From positions 1-32,000 of the forward strand of contig NJBF01000015.1 in the NCBI GenBank assembly GCA_003144275.1: DNA of 32,000 nucleotides. Reading direction: 5' to 3'. This DNA is from Candidatus Heimdallarchaeota archaeon B3_Heim (GTDB taxonomy: Archaea; Asgardarchaeota; Heimdallarchaeia; Hodarchaeales; Hodarchaeaceae). Below the pieces are notes generated by a model. It had not been told where the DNA came from. It saw nothing but the letters and a program-made list of their open reading frames with translations, and searched no databases. The translations under genes were made by a program, and so were the position numbers. This document shows positions 9,105 through 17,902 of the stretch, one piece after another (the stretch's first letter is position 1; every line of letters starts with the position of its first letter).

Positions 9105-10895
9105 GTGCAATATATGCAACATAATCTTCCAGAAAGAATCAAAGAGTTAGGCCAGTTCTTTACTCCCGCTTATATTGCCCAATTTATCGTCCAAAAGACT
9201 ATTGGCCACCATATTTCGAGTGTGAATTCTGACTATCAAAAGGAGTTATTCATTTTAGATCCTTCAGTAGGAGAGGGAATATTCTTGATATCTGCCAAAG
9301 AGTATCTTATCAATGTCTGGGGGCAAAAAAGTGAAAATAGTGTATCTTCTGGAAAGATTAAGTATCAAATTGTCATTAATCAATTATATGGAATCGATGT
9401 CGATCCTAGTAAAGTGCAAATGACACGTGAACTTTTAGGCTATCCGAACCATACTACAAATATCAAAAAATTTAATGCACTCTTACCAAAACCTGATACT
9501 TCCGATAGTACGCAGGACTCAATTCTTATGGGGTGGACGATGAACTTTCCTAAGACAGAAGGAAAATTCCACATCATTATTGGGAATCCACCTTGGGGAG
9601 CAGATATATCCATAATAAAAAACAAATTGCACTATCTAAAAACAGCCACTTCACAAATGGATTCCTGGAGCTTATTTTTAGAGCGAAGTATTTTGGGATT
9701 ACGTGATAATGGATACATGGGGTTCGTTGTTCCTAATACGCTGCTGATTAATCCCAATTATATACAGATACGAGAGATTATCTTAGAACAATGCCAAATA
9801 ACTCATCTAGTAAATCTGGGCGAAGGAATTTTCCCAGGGGTTACTCAACCTTCAATGATCATCATCGCTAGAAAAGCTAAAGCTAATGAAACTCATTTAA
9901 TTAGAATCATTCCAAAGATTTCGAGCGAAGATAAACAACTTTTAGTCGATTTTCAAAAGAAATTAGATGAAATTCAATTCTATGAATGTCCTCAAATAAG
10001 GTTTCTGAAGAATCCGCAAAAAGAATTTAATATATTCGCTGGACCTAATACTGCATTGATCCAGCTAATGGAAAAAGATCTCTATGCTGATCAAAAACAG
10101 GTCACTGTCCTCAGTACACTCGTCATGAATGGGAGAGGGGTAGAAATTGGTAAAAAAGGAAGGGTACTTCTGTGTCCAAGGTGTGAATTTTGGAATCCTC
10201 CACCTCGAACAGCGAGAAAATGCATTAATCCAAACTGTGATCATTTAGTAAGTCCTACTGATACTCATTCAGAAATTGTATATGACTCGCAAAAAGATCC
10301 AACATATGATTTCCCGTTTTTAGCGGGATATCAAATTCAAAGATATTTCACACATAAACACCGATTTATCAGAACAAATTGTCAAGGAATCAACTATAAA
10401 TCACCACAGTTATATCAGGGACTTAAATTATTATTTAGAAAGACTGGAAATGTAATGAACTGGGTTATTGATTATCAAAATCGTTGGGTATCACAGGTGG
10501 TTTATATTTTTAAAAGACGAGATAATTTACCACCAATATTCGATAATATAACCAATGAATACCTACTAGGAGTGCTAAATTCTCAATTGATGATGAAATA
10601 TATCCAATCGAAATTCTTTGACCCTGACAGAACTGATTTTCCACATTTTGTCCAAAGTTCAATCTTAAACCTACCAATTCTTATTCCAAGATCAAGAGAA
10701 GAAAAGAATTTAGCTCAGAAGATTGGTAAGCTCGCACTGAAATTACAGGAGACATATCAAAATCTCTATGAACATTCTTCTGCGAATGAACACCAAGAGA
10801 AGCTACAGGAAAAAATTAGAAGAATTGAGGATGAAATTGAAACGAAAATTGAATCACTTTATGCAATCCCCAATGATAAGAGCTATTTAAAGTAA
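9105..10895 (+). CDS. N6-adenine DNA methyltransferase, gamma class (TaqI/Eco57I-like) with C-terminal target-recognition region
   Basis: GQFFTP (motif X), ILDPSVGEGIFL (motif I), YGIDVD, IIGNPPW (motif IV), GFVVPN. GTG at 9105, alternative ATG at 9114. Confidence 0.85.
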   Translation: MQYMQHNLPERIKELGQFFTPAYIAQFIVQKTIGHHISSVNSDYQKELFILDPSVGEGIFLISAKEYLINVWGQKSENSVSSGKIKYQIVINQLYGIDVDPSKVQMTRELLGYPNHTTNIKKFNALLPKPDTSDSTQDSILMGWTMNFPKTEGKFHIIIGNPPWGADISIIKNKLHYLKTATSQMDSWSLFLERSILGLRDNGYMGFVVPNTLLINPNYIQIREIILEQCQITHLVNLGEGIFPGVTQPSMIIIARKAKANETHLIRIIPKISSEDKQLLVDFQKKLDEIQFYECPQIRFLKNPQKEFNIFAGPNTALIQLMEKDLYADQKQVTVLSTLVMNGRGVEIGKKGRVLLCPRCEFWNPPPRTARKCINPNCDHLVSPTDTHSEIVYDSQKDPTYDFPFLAGYQIQRYFTHKHRFIRTNCQGINYKSPQLYQGLKLLFRKTGNVMNWVIDYQNRWVSQVVYIFKRRDNLPPIFDNITNEYLLGVLNSQLMMKYIQSKFFDPDRTDFPHFVQSSILNLPILIPRSREEKNLAQKIGKLALKLQETYQNLYEHSSANEHQEKLQEKIRRIEDEIETKIESLYAIPNDKSYLK

Positions 10896-10951
10896 GAGCT
10901 TTTTCTTAGCTCATATTGACAAAACGCAAATCTGAGGAGTTTAGTACATAA

Positions 10952-11572
10952 TTGGAACCGTCTTCTGATAATGATGCGCTTAAAGTAAGGCAACAATCAT
11001 CCTATTACTTTGAAACGTCAGATTTAGTAATAATAGCGTTATTTGCGGCACTCGGTGGGATTTCGAGCACTGTAATTGCAGAAATTGCTCGTGTGGTTTT
11101 CATACCCCTGGGAATACCTGGAAGCGGCCAGATTGCGTCAGGTCTGCATATTGTTTGGTTTGTATTAATTTATTTCCTAGTTAATAAAAAAATAGGGGCG
11201 GTTTTTCTCGCTGGAGTAATAAAAGGAATGGTAGAGTTGTTCAGTGGGAATACACTAGGTATTTTTGCCATTGTATTAGCTACGGGAGCTGCAATAGTCT
11301 TTGAAATGTCAGTTTATTTATTGAAACAAGTTTTCAGAGGTAAAAGAGTTCATAATGCTACTTTAGCATTTTCTGCTGGATTAGCATCAGTATCAAATAT
11401 TATTATTCAAATTCAAACATTTATTGGTAGAGATTTACCACCTGAAGTGTTTCTACTTATCTTGATTTTCAGTTTTCTCTCAGGAATTTTTTTGGGAGGA
11501 TATCTTGGAATCCTAATCTACAAAGTATTCGAACAAACATCAATATTGGATTGGCGTCGAACGAATACTTAA
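10952..11572 (+). CDS. ECF-type transporter substrate-binding (S) component, YkoE-like
   Basis: About 6 TM segments in 206 aa; N-terminal FETSDLVIIALFAALGG pattern and GAVFLAGVIKGMVE typical of S components. TTG start. Confidence 0.6.
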   Translation: MEPSSDNDALKVRQQSSYYFETSDLVIIALFAALGGISSTVIAEIARVVFIPLGIPGSGQIASGLHIVWFVLIYFLVNKKIGAVFLAGVIKGMVELFSGNTLGIFAIVLATGAAIVFEMSVYLLKQVFRGKRVHNATLAFSAGLASVSNIIIQIQTFIGRDLPPEVFLLILIFSFLSGIFLGGYLGILIYKVFEQTSILDWRRTNT

Positions 11573-11630
11573 TAATCTACAAATTTCTTGTACAGACAGA
11601 AAATGATTTATCAAGTGAGGTGGAATATTG

Positions 11631-11780
11631 ATGGGTACTGTACTCGGACCCTGTAAAAAATGTGGAACCTTAATGACTCGTCACCATACATCAGGATTAT
11701 GTTTTGAATGTCGACAACGCTTCAGTAAAACTAACCAAATCAACGATCCTGATCTACCAGAACCACTAAAATATGAATAA
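11631..11780 (+). CDS. 49-aa Cys4 zinc-finger micro-protein; not in the ORF track
   Basis: MGTVLGPCKKCGTLMTRHHTSGLCFECRQRFSKTNQINDPDLPEPLKYE* with CxxC-x12-CxxC; strong SD GAGGTG at 11617-11622; TAA 11778-11780. Confidence 0.75.
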   Translation: MGTVLGPCKKCGTLMTRHHTSGLCFECRQRFSKTNQINDPDLPEPLKYE

Positions 11781-11869
11781 CCATATCTAATGGCTTAATT
11801 ATTCCTAGATATCGCTGTTTCTACTTATTCATATCCCTGTACGCTTTTTTTCAACGAAGGGGGGAAGAG

Positions 11870-11878
11870 AAAGCTTAA
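11870..11878 (+). promoter_or_regulatory. BRE/TATA-like element upstream of the RuBisCO-like gene
   Basis: AAAGCTTAA preceded by a purine run, ~70 nt before ATG 11947; the same motif occurs before other genes in the window. Confidence 0.4.
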
Positions 11879-11946
11879 CACAAGGTTTATCATAGGACCC
11901 TAGAGTATTGGATTCAAACAACCTGACTGATAAATGAGGAGAAAAC

Positions 11947-13284
11947 ATGCCTAAAGATATTTTTGCACAGTATGATCCAATAGAAGAAGCCCTCCAAGAG
12001 GGAATCAATCCAGATGAGTATATAATAGGAACTTATATGATTCAGCTTGGCCCTCGAATGGATCCATGGTATATGGGTCGTGCAGCAGCTTGTGAACAGA
12101 GTACAGGAACATGGGTGCCTGTCCCTGCCAATACACCTGAATTACGATCAAAGTACGGAGCGAAAGTGATTGGAATTTATGAAGTACCCTCTCACGAATT
12201 TGAAATTCCTAAAGGAGTCGAAGAACGGAATTTTATTTATCAAATTGCGTTTCCGACAATTAATCAGACCGATCAAATAGGCCTTATGCTTACAGCTACC
12301 ATAGGAAATATCTCTATGGGAGGCAAACTCAAAATGCTCGATTTGAGATTCCCTCAAAAATGGCTTAAAAATTTTCAAGGGCCCAAGTTTGGAATAGAAG
12401 GTATCAGAAAACTCCTCAAGGTTCCCGATAGACCACTCTTGAACAACATGATTAAACCGTGTAGTGGATGGACTCCTAAAGTAGGGGCACAACTATTCTA
12501 TGCAGCAGCGAAGGGAGGCTGTGATATTGTTAAAGATGATGAACTGATTGCAGACATGGATTACAATAGAGTGGCAGACAGGGTACCTTTGATGATGGAA
12601 GCTGTAGACAAAGTTAGAAATGAAATTGGTGAAGAAACCCTGTATACTGTGAATATCACAGACAAAATCATAAAATTAAAAGAAAATGCTTTAGCTGTGC
12701 AGGATGCAGGTGGAAATGCACTTATGCTAAACTATCTCGTGGTTGGACTTCCCGCTCTACGTATGCTAGCAGAAGATCCAGAAATTAAGCTTCCAATTTT
12801 GGGGCACATGGACATGGCAGGAGTTTATTATGAATCACCAATCTCGGGTATTTCGTCATTCTTGATTATGGGTAAACTAGCAAGACTTGCTGGTGCTGAC
12901 ATTGTTGTATATCCAGCCCCCTACGGCAAAGCTCCCTATCTTAAAGAAAGGTATATGGAAATTGCTAAAGCTCATCGTTATCGAATGCATAATCTTAAAC
13001 CTACACTACCTATGCCATCTGGAGGAATCACACCTGGGATGGTTTTACGTGTTATGCAGGATCTTGGCAATGATATGATGATTGGTTCTGGTGGTGGTAT
13101 TCATGCCCATCCTGATGGACCGATTGCTGGAGCAAAAGCATTTAGACAGGCTATCGACATTGGTATGAAGGATATGAAAGAAGCCTCTGAAGATTTCGAG
13201 GATTATGTCGAAGATCATGAGGAAGAATATCCGGAACTTGCCAAAGCTATGGAAACTTGGGGAGTATCCGATACTCGCCTGTAG
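11947..13284 (+). CDS. RuBisCO-like protein (form IV, RLP)
   Basis: EQSTGTW, MIKP, GCDIVKDDE, LGH, PYGK, PSGG and GSGGGIHAHP motifs; lacks the R295/H298/H327 equivalents needed by carboxylating RuBisCO. Confidence 0.9.
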   Translation: MPKDIFAQYDPIEEALQEGINPDEYIIGTYMIQLGPRMDPWYMGRAAACEQSTGTWVPVPANTPELRSKYGAKVIGIYEVPSHEFEIPKGVEERNFIYQIAFPTINQTDQIGLMLTATIGNISMGGKLKMLDLRFPQKWLKNFQGPKFGIEGIRKLLKVPDRPLLNNMIKPCSGWTPKVGAQLFYAAAKGGCDIVKDDELIADMDYNRVADRVPLMMEAVDKVRNEIGEETLYTVNITDKIIKLKENALAVQDAGGNALMLNYLVVGLPALRMLAEDPEIKLPILGHMDMAGVYYESPISGISSFLIMGKLARLAGADIVVYPAPYGKAPYLKERYMEIAKAHRYRMHNLKPTLPMPSGGITPGMVLRVMQDLGNDMMIGSGGGIHAHPDGPIAGAKAFRQAIDIGMKDMKEASEDFEDYVEDHEEEYPELAKAMETWGVSDTRL

Positions 13285-13312
13285 TTTCTTTTTCTTCCCT
13301 ATTTTTATGAAA

Positions 13313-13621
13313 TTATCCTCCTGCAACGGGAGGAAATATAGCGATGGTATCTCCCTCTTTTAGTGGCGTATTTAATCCATTAAATATACTCATATTGCGT
13401 CCGTTAATGAGGATAACTACCCAACTTCCTAGTTTAGAATATTCATCTAAAATAAGGTCTTTCAAAGGAGGATATTGCGTGATGATAACCTCTAATAACA
13501 ATGATACTGTGGATTTTTCTGTTAACGATATATCAATATCTCTTTTCTTTGTCACTTGTTTGTACGGACCAAAGAATCTAGCTGTTACCTGAAAAGTACT
13601 CTGTTCTCCAGTTGGTGTCAT
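13313..13621 (-). CDS. MoaD/ThiS-family ubiquitin-like sulfur carrier (SAMP-like)
   Basis: Beta-grasp pattern (VILINGRN...LKEGDTIAIFPPVAGG) ending in di-Gly; third gene of the aor run. Confidence 0.88.
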   Translation of the reverse strand: MTPTGEQSTFQVTARFFGPYKQVTKKRDIDISLTEKSTVSLLLEVIITQYPPLKDLILDEYSKLGSWVVILINGRNMSIFNGLNTPLKEGDTIAIFPPVAGG

Positions 13622-13656
13622 AGGAGTTTACTACCGTAGTAAGATTAGGATAAAGA

Positions 13657-15336
13657 TCACGTATGCCCTACTTCTTCTGCTTTTAGTTTCTTCTTATCTA
13701 ATTTCATTACGCGAGTTAGAGGTAGGAAATCACGAATTTCAATTTGTTTAGGGACGGCATAAGGAGGGAGAGTCTCTTTACAGAAATCTAAAATATCATC
13801 CGATGTAGTAGTTTCTTTAAATTCATCCCTTAAAATCACAAATGCTTTTACTCTTTCGCTTCCGGGTCGATCGGGATCAGGTAAACCAATTACTCCAGCC
13901 ATCCGCACTGCAGGATGGGTATGAAGAGTGTCATCAATGACTCGTGAATATACTTTCATTCCCGACACATTGATCATATCTTTAATTCTATCGACTATTT
14001 GAAAATAACCATCCTCATCCATCGTTCCGATATCCCCAGTAGCAAGCCAGCCATCCTTTTGCAATCCTTTTCCTTTCTCTGGCCAATAACCTAACATAAC
14101 CTGCGGGCCCCGAATCCATACCTCTCCCTCTTCTCCGAAAGGAACTTCTACTCTTGTATCAGGATCAACAAGTTTAACTTCAGTATCTGGAGCGGGAACT
14201 CCAATTCCTTGTTTGGCTTTAGTCATAAATCTTGTGACTTTGGAGATCGCTGAAAGGTTGATATGTGTTAGTGGGCTAGTTTCCGTCATTCCATAGCCTT
14301 CGGTCATAGGAACTCCCGTTTTTTTCTCAAATTTTCCTGCTACATCTGAAGGTAAAGCTGCAGCTCCTGAGATGTAAATAATAGGCATTTTTTTGATATC
14401 TTTCTGCAAAAGTTCCATATAGTGTGTGGGAACTGCATACACAGAGAACGGACGTACTTTTTTGATCAATTCAACAATACGATCTATATCTCTTGCATCG
14501 ACTAATATCATACGCAGACCCCACGAAATGGAAGCATGAATAGCCCAGTGTCCATATTGATGAAATATGGGAACACAGATTAATGTAGCAGATTTTCCTT
14601 TTACTCCTCGTTCAAGAGGGTGTAAAAACCATTGTAACGATTGGATCACATTAGTAGTAATATTATAATGGGATAACATTGTCCCCTTCGGGATTCCGGT
14701 TGTTCCACCTGTAAAAGGAAGTAACGCTAGGTCTTCTTTGGCATTAATGGCAACATCTGGAGGATTCGGTTCATATTTCTCAATTAAGTCTTCCAACTTG
14801 AGAGCATCGGGGTCTCCTACAATTTCGGGTTGCTGATAATCAGGAAACAAAGGTATTGGTGTATAAATTAAGTTTTTAATGGATAATTCGTTTCTAATTT
14901 CCTCTATCCGTTCAAGGCGGCGATAAGAGCAAATAATAGTCGTTGTATTAGATTCATTCAATTCATACAGAAGATCTGGTGCTTTATGAAGAATTGACAA
15001 TGGAACATGAACTGCACCAAGTCGCATCAAAGCGTAATCTACAATTATGAATTCTGGACAAGTAGGGAGAATAGTTGCTACTTTGTCATTTTTTTTGACT
15101 CCTAAATCTGCAAATGCAGTAGCTAATTTATCGACCTTTAGTTTTAGTTCAGAATACGTCAATTTTTGCTCTAAATACTCACATGCAATATTATCAGGAT
15201 ATTCGGAGGCTGCATCTTCAAGAAATTTATATACTGAAATCTCTGGATAGGGGGCCATAGTTTTTGGTAGTTTCATTGGCCCTACGAAGTAACTTTTCAA
15301 CCATGGTTTGTCTGCATAAGTAGTCACGCTATTCAC
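13657..15336 (-). CDS. AMP-forming acyl-CoA synthetase (long-chain fatty-acid-CoA ligase family)
   Basis: FTGGTTGIPKG, EGYGMTETSP, TGDIG, DRIKDMINVSG and MKLDKK adenylation motifs; GTG start with SD GAGG. Confidence 0.9.
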   Translation of the reverse strand: MNSVTTYADKPWLKSYFVGPMKLPKTMAPYPEISVYKFLEDAASEYPDNIACEYLEQKLTYSELKLKVDKLATAFADLGVKKNDKVATILPTCPEFIIVDYALMRLGAVHVPLSILHKAPDLLYELNESNTTTIICSYRRLERIEEIRNELSIKNLIYTPIPLFPDYQQPEIVGDPDALKLEDLIEKYEPNPPDVAINAKEDLALLPFTGGTTGIPKGTMLSHYNITTNVIQSLQWFLHPLERGVKGKSATLICVPIFHQYGHWAIHASISWGLRMILVDARDIDRIVELIKKVRPFSVYAVPTHYMELLQKDIKKMPIIYISGAAALPSDVAGKFEKKTGVPMTEGYGMTETSPLTHINLSAISKVTRFMTKAKQGIGVPAPDTEVKLVDPDTRVEVPFGEEGEVWIRGPQVMLGYWPEKGKGLQKDGWLATGDIGTMDEDGYFQIVDRIKDMINVSGMKVYSRVIDDTLHTHPAVRMAGVIGLPDPDRPGSERVKAFVILRDEFKETTTSDDILDFCKETLPPYAVPKQIEIRDFLPLTRVMKLDKKKLKAEEVGHT

Positions 15337-15350
15337 ATTACCTCAATAAG

Positions 15351-17213
15351 TTATAACTTATTTATAAGCCAATTTAGCCCTAATTTTGTTAAAGTGTCTT
15401 CAGTTGGTCTACCATTCTTATCCCATCCACGGTACTGATAATACGCGTCCAACATAGGATCCAGATTAACAATTTGCCCTTCTGCTGGTCCATCTGGTAA
15501 CGGGTCTTCTAACAGTCTTCCAGGTAATGTATCATCATCCCTTGTTAAACCTTCACGGACATTAAAGGCCCGTTCTAAGTTGTAAATCCGCTCTCCAAGT
15601 AATCTGAAATCTTTTTCTGTGAATTCATACCCTAAAAGACTTTGAATTAAGTCCGCCCAATCTTCCCCAGTCAATACCATCCCCATGAATTTGCATCCAG
15701 ATAAAGCGTCAAATACACCAAATGCATCCTCATATTCTTTAACGACTCGTGCTTCTTCTGGAATTTCGAGTAGGCCATCTTCGTCGACCTCACCCTCGTC
15801 AACAATAAGGAATGGCATAGACATGAATGCTGGCCCCTCAATATACGCTGTAATATGATCTCCTCCTCGGTTAGCAGTAGCATATGCTAACCCCGTAATT
15901 TTTGCTGCTCTTGAGTCATATGCAGGTAGTTCCAATCCCTTAACATGCATAGCAAATTTCTCACTTCCTTGACCAAGAGTTTCTGACATAGCTTTGGAAC
16001 CTTCCGCAAGGAAATCTCCGATTCCCTCTCTTTTCGCAATTTTATGAACTAGCTCAATAATTGCATCAGGATCCCCAAATTTGATTTCCGATCCTTTCGT
16101 ATCAGTTAATATTCCTTTTTCTACTGCTTCCATAGCGAAAGCAATCGTTGCACCTGCCGAAATAGTATCAATACCATATTCATTACATAGAAAATGGGCT
16201 TTTGTAATTGCATTCAGGTCATAGATGTCACACATACTTCCAAATGCACCTATTGACTCGTATTCAGGACCTTCACCTTTGGCTTTATATTTTCCATCTT
16301 TTATATCTGATACACGACCACATGCAATTGGACAAGCAAAACATGCTTTTTCTCCAACCAGAATTGTATCGTTTATTGCTTCTCCATTAATTTTCTCATA
16401 TTCTTCTACATACCCTGTTTGCCAATTTCTCGACGGTAGACCCCCTCGTTGGTTTACCATATCTAGGATCGCTGCAGTTCCGAATACTTCAAGAGTAACT
16501 TTTAACAAGCTTTGGTTAACCCAATCAAATCGTTCTTTCGCTTTTTCTCGGTATTCTTCCTTTTCAGCAATTTCAATCGGAATTCGCCCTCTGGATGCAA
16601 TAGCTTTTAAATTTTTAGCTCCCATCACGGTACCTAAGCCACACCTTCCTGCAGCTCTTCCCCAGTATTTGTCATCGACATCATTCATAATTGCAGCATA
16701 TTTCACTTGATTTTCTCCCGCTATTCCAATACATGCAATATTAAATTTTTCCCCTAGATCTTCCTTAAGTTTTGTAGTTGTCTCTGAGGTGCTCATCCCC
16801 CAAAGGTGGGAGGCATCATGTAATTCTGCTTTCCCATTATCAGTTACTAAATAGACTGGTTTCTCTGCTTTTCCTTCAAATATTACTCCGTCATATCCAG
16901 ATCGCTTAAAGTCTCTGCCCCAGAATCCTCCTGAGTTTGCTTGTCCCCAAAATCCAGTTAATGGAGATTTAGCAACCGCAGAAAATCTTCCTGTGCTTGG
17001 GGATGATGTTCCTGTCATTGGCCCAGTCATAAAGATCAATTTGTTGTCAGGTCCTAAAGGATCAGTACCTTTAGGTACTTCGTCAAATAAATACTTTGTT
17101 GCTAACCCTGCTCCTCCTAAAAACATTTTTAAGTCATTTTCATCCGGTACTTCTTCAGTTATGTTACCTGTTGTTAAATTCACTCTTAAAATCTTACCCA
17201 TGTAACCAAACAT
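15351..17213 (-). CDS. aor: Tungsten-dependent aldehyde:ferredoxin oxidoreductase
   Basis: MFGYMGKILRVNLT N-terminus, AKSPLTG, GRAAGRCGLGTVMGAKNLKA, CFACPIACG [4Fe-4S] motif, EYES, GIDTISAG, C-terminal YYQYRGWD...G.P. Confidence 0.92.
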   Translation of the reverse strand: MFGYMGKILRVNLTTGNITEEVPDENDLKMFLGGAGLATKYLFDEVPKGTDPLGPDNKLIFMTGPMTGTSSPSTGRFSAVAKSPLTGFWGQANSGGFWGRDFKRSGYDGVIFEGKAEKPVYLVTDNGKAELHDASHLWGMSTSETTTKLKEDLGEKFNIACIGIAGENQVKYAAIMNDVDDKYWGRAAGRCGLGTVMGAKNLKAIASRGRIPIEIAEKEEYREKAKERFDWVNQSLLKVTLEVFGTAAILDMVNQRGGLPSRNWQTGYVEEYEKINGEAINDTILVGEKACFACPIACGRVSDIKDGKYKAKGEGPEYESIGAFGSMCDIYDLNAITKAHFLCNEYGIDTISAGATIAFAMEAVEKGILTDTKGSEIKFGDPDAIIELVHKIAKREGIGDFLAEGSKAMSETLGQGSEKFAMHVKGLELPAYDSRAAKITGLAYATANRGGDHITAYIEGPAFMSMPFLIVDEGEVDEDGLLEIPEEARVVKEYEDAFGVFDALSGCKFMGMVLTGEDWADLIQSLLGYEFTEKDFRLLGERIYNLERAFNVREGLTRDDDTLPGRLLEDPLPDGPAEGQIVNLDPMLDAYYQYRGWDKNGRPTEDTLTKLGLNWLINKL

Positions 17214-17335
17214 TCTTTCTACAACCGCTAATTGATTTTTGATTAATTTATCACTAATATCTTACTATCCACTTAAAAATCTAGGCCTCTTTGAGAGACG
17301 TGAAATGGTGGACTGCTAAGCAAAGTCTTTAAACA

Positions 17336-17353
17336 TTTGAAAAATATTTCAAA
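17336..17353. promoter_or_regulatory. Palindromic candidate operator between the divergent aor and SCP2 genes
   Basis: TTTGAAA-AATA-TTTCAAA (7-bp perfect arms), directly after TATA-like CTTTAAAC at about 17327-17334. Confidence 0.4.
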
Positions 17354-17449
17354 GAGATTCCGATCAAAACTTGTTTTCTAAGAGGTTAATAGATATTTTC
17401 AGGAAAAATATTATTGGAAGCTATGAAATAATGTATAGGAAGTAAAATC

Positions 17450-17875
17450 ATGGTTGTTTATGGTTCAGAAGAATGGGTAGAAGCACTCGTAGTTAAGATT
17501 AATGAAAGTGAAGCTTATGGAAAAGCTGCAAAGAATTGGGAAGGGGACTTCATTTTCAAAACGATTCCTGACGGTACAGGTACTTTCACAGAAGAAACAA
17601 ATATCTATTGTGATTTATGGCATGGAAAGTGTCGTGCTGCATATTTAGTCGCTCCAGATAAACCCGCTCCCGAAAAAGTTGAATTTATTTACGCGGGAAA
17701 ATATGGAAATTGGTTAAAGTTATTCGATGGTAAGATAGGACCATTAAAAGGAATCATGCAAAGAAAATTTGAAGTAAAGTGCTCAGCAAAATCAATGGCT
17801 AAATTAATGCGAGCTCTAAAAGCAGCCCAAGAGCTGGTTAAATGTACTAGGATTGAGAATGTAGAATATCCATAA
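17450..17875 (+). CDS. SCP2 sterol/lipid-binding domain protein
   Basis: YGSEEW...YGKAAKNWEGDF...DLWHGKC...W.KLFDGKIGPLKGIMQRKFEV pattern of prokaryotic stand-alone SCP2 proteins. Confidence 0.75.
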   Translation: MVVYGSEEWVEALVVKINESEAYGKAAKNWEGDFIFKTIPDGTGTFTEETNIYCDLWHGKCRAAYLVAPDKPAPEKVEFIYAGKYGNWLKLFDGKIGPLKGIMQRKFEVKCSAKSMAKLMRALKAAQELVKCTRIENVEYP

Positions 17876-17902
17876 TTGCACCGAGAAGAAGGATGATATA
17901 AT

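Noticed and set aside
8578-10895. Histone doublet next to a DNA methyltransferase as a chromatin-plus-methylation operon
   Set aside because: An oligo-T tract separates them and adjacency alone is not evidence; synteny data would be needed.
10896-10951. TPP or cobalamin riboswitch ahead of the ECF S component
   Set aside because: Only 56 nt available and no conserved riboswitch core seen.
11947-13284. Bona fide CO2-fixing form III RuBisCO
   Set aside because: K177, R295, H298 and H327 equivalents are substituted.
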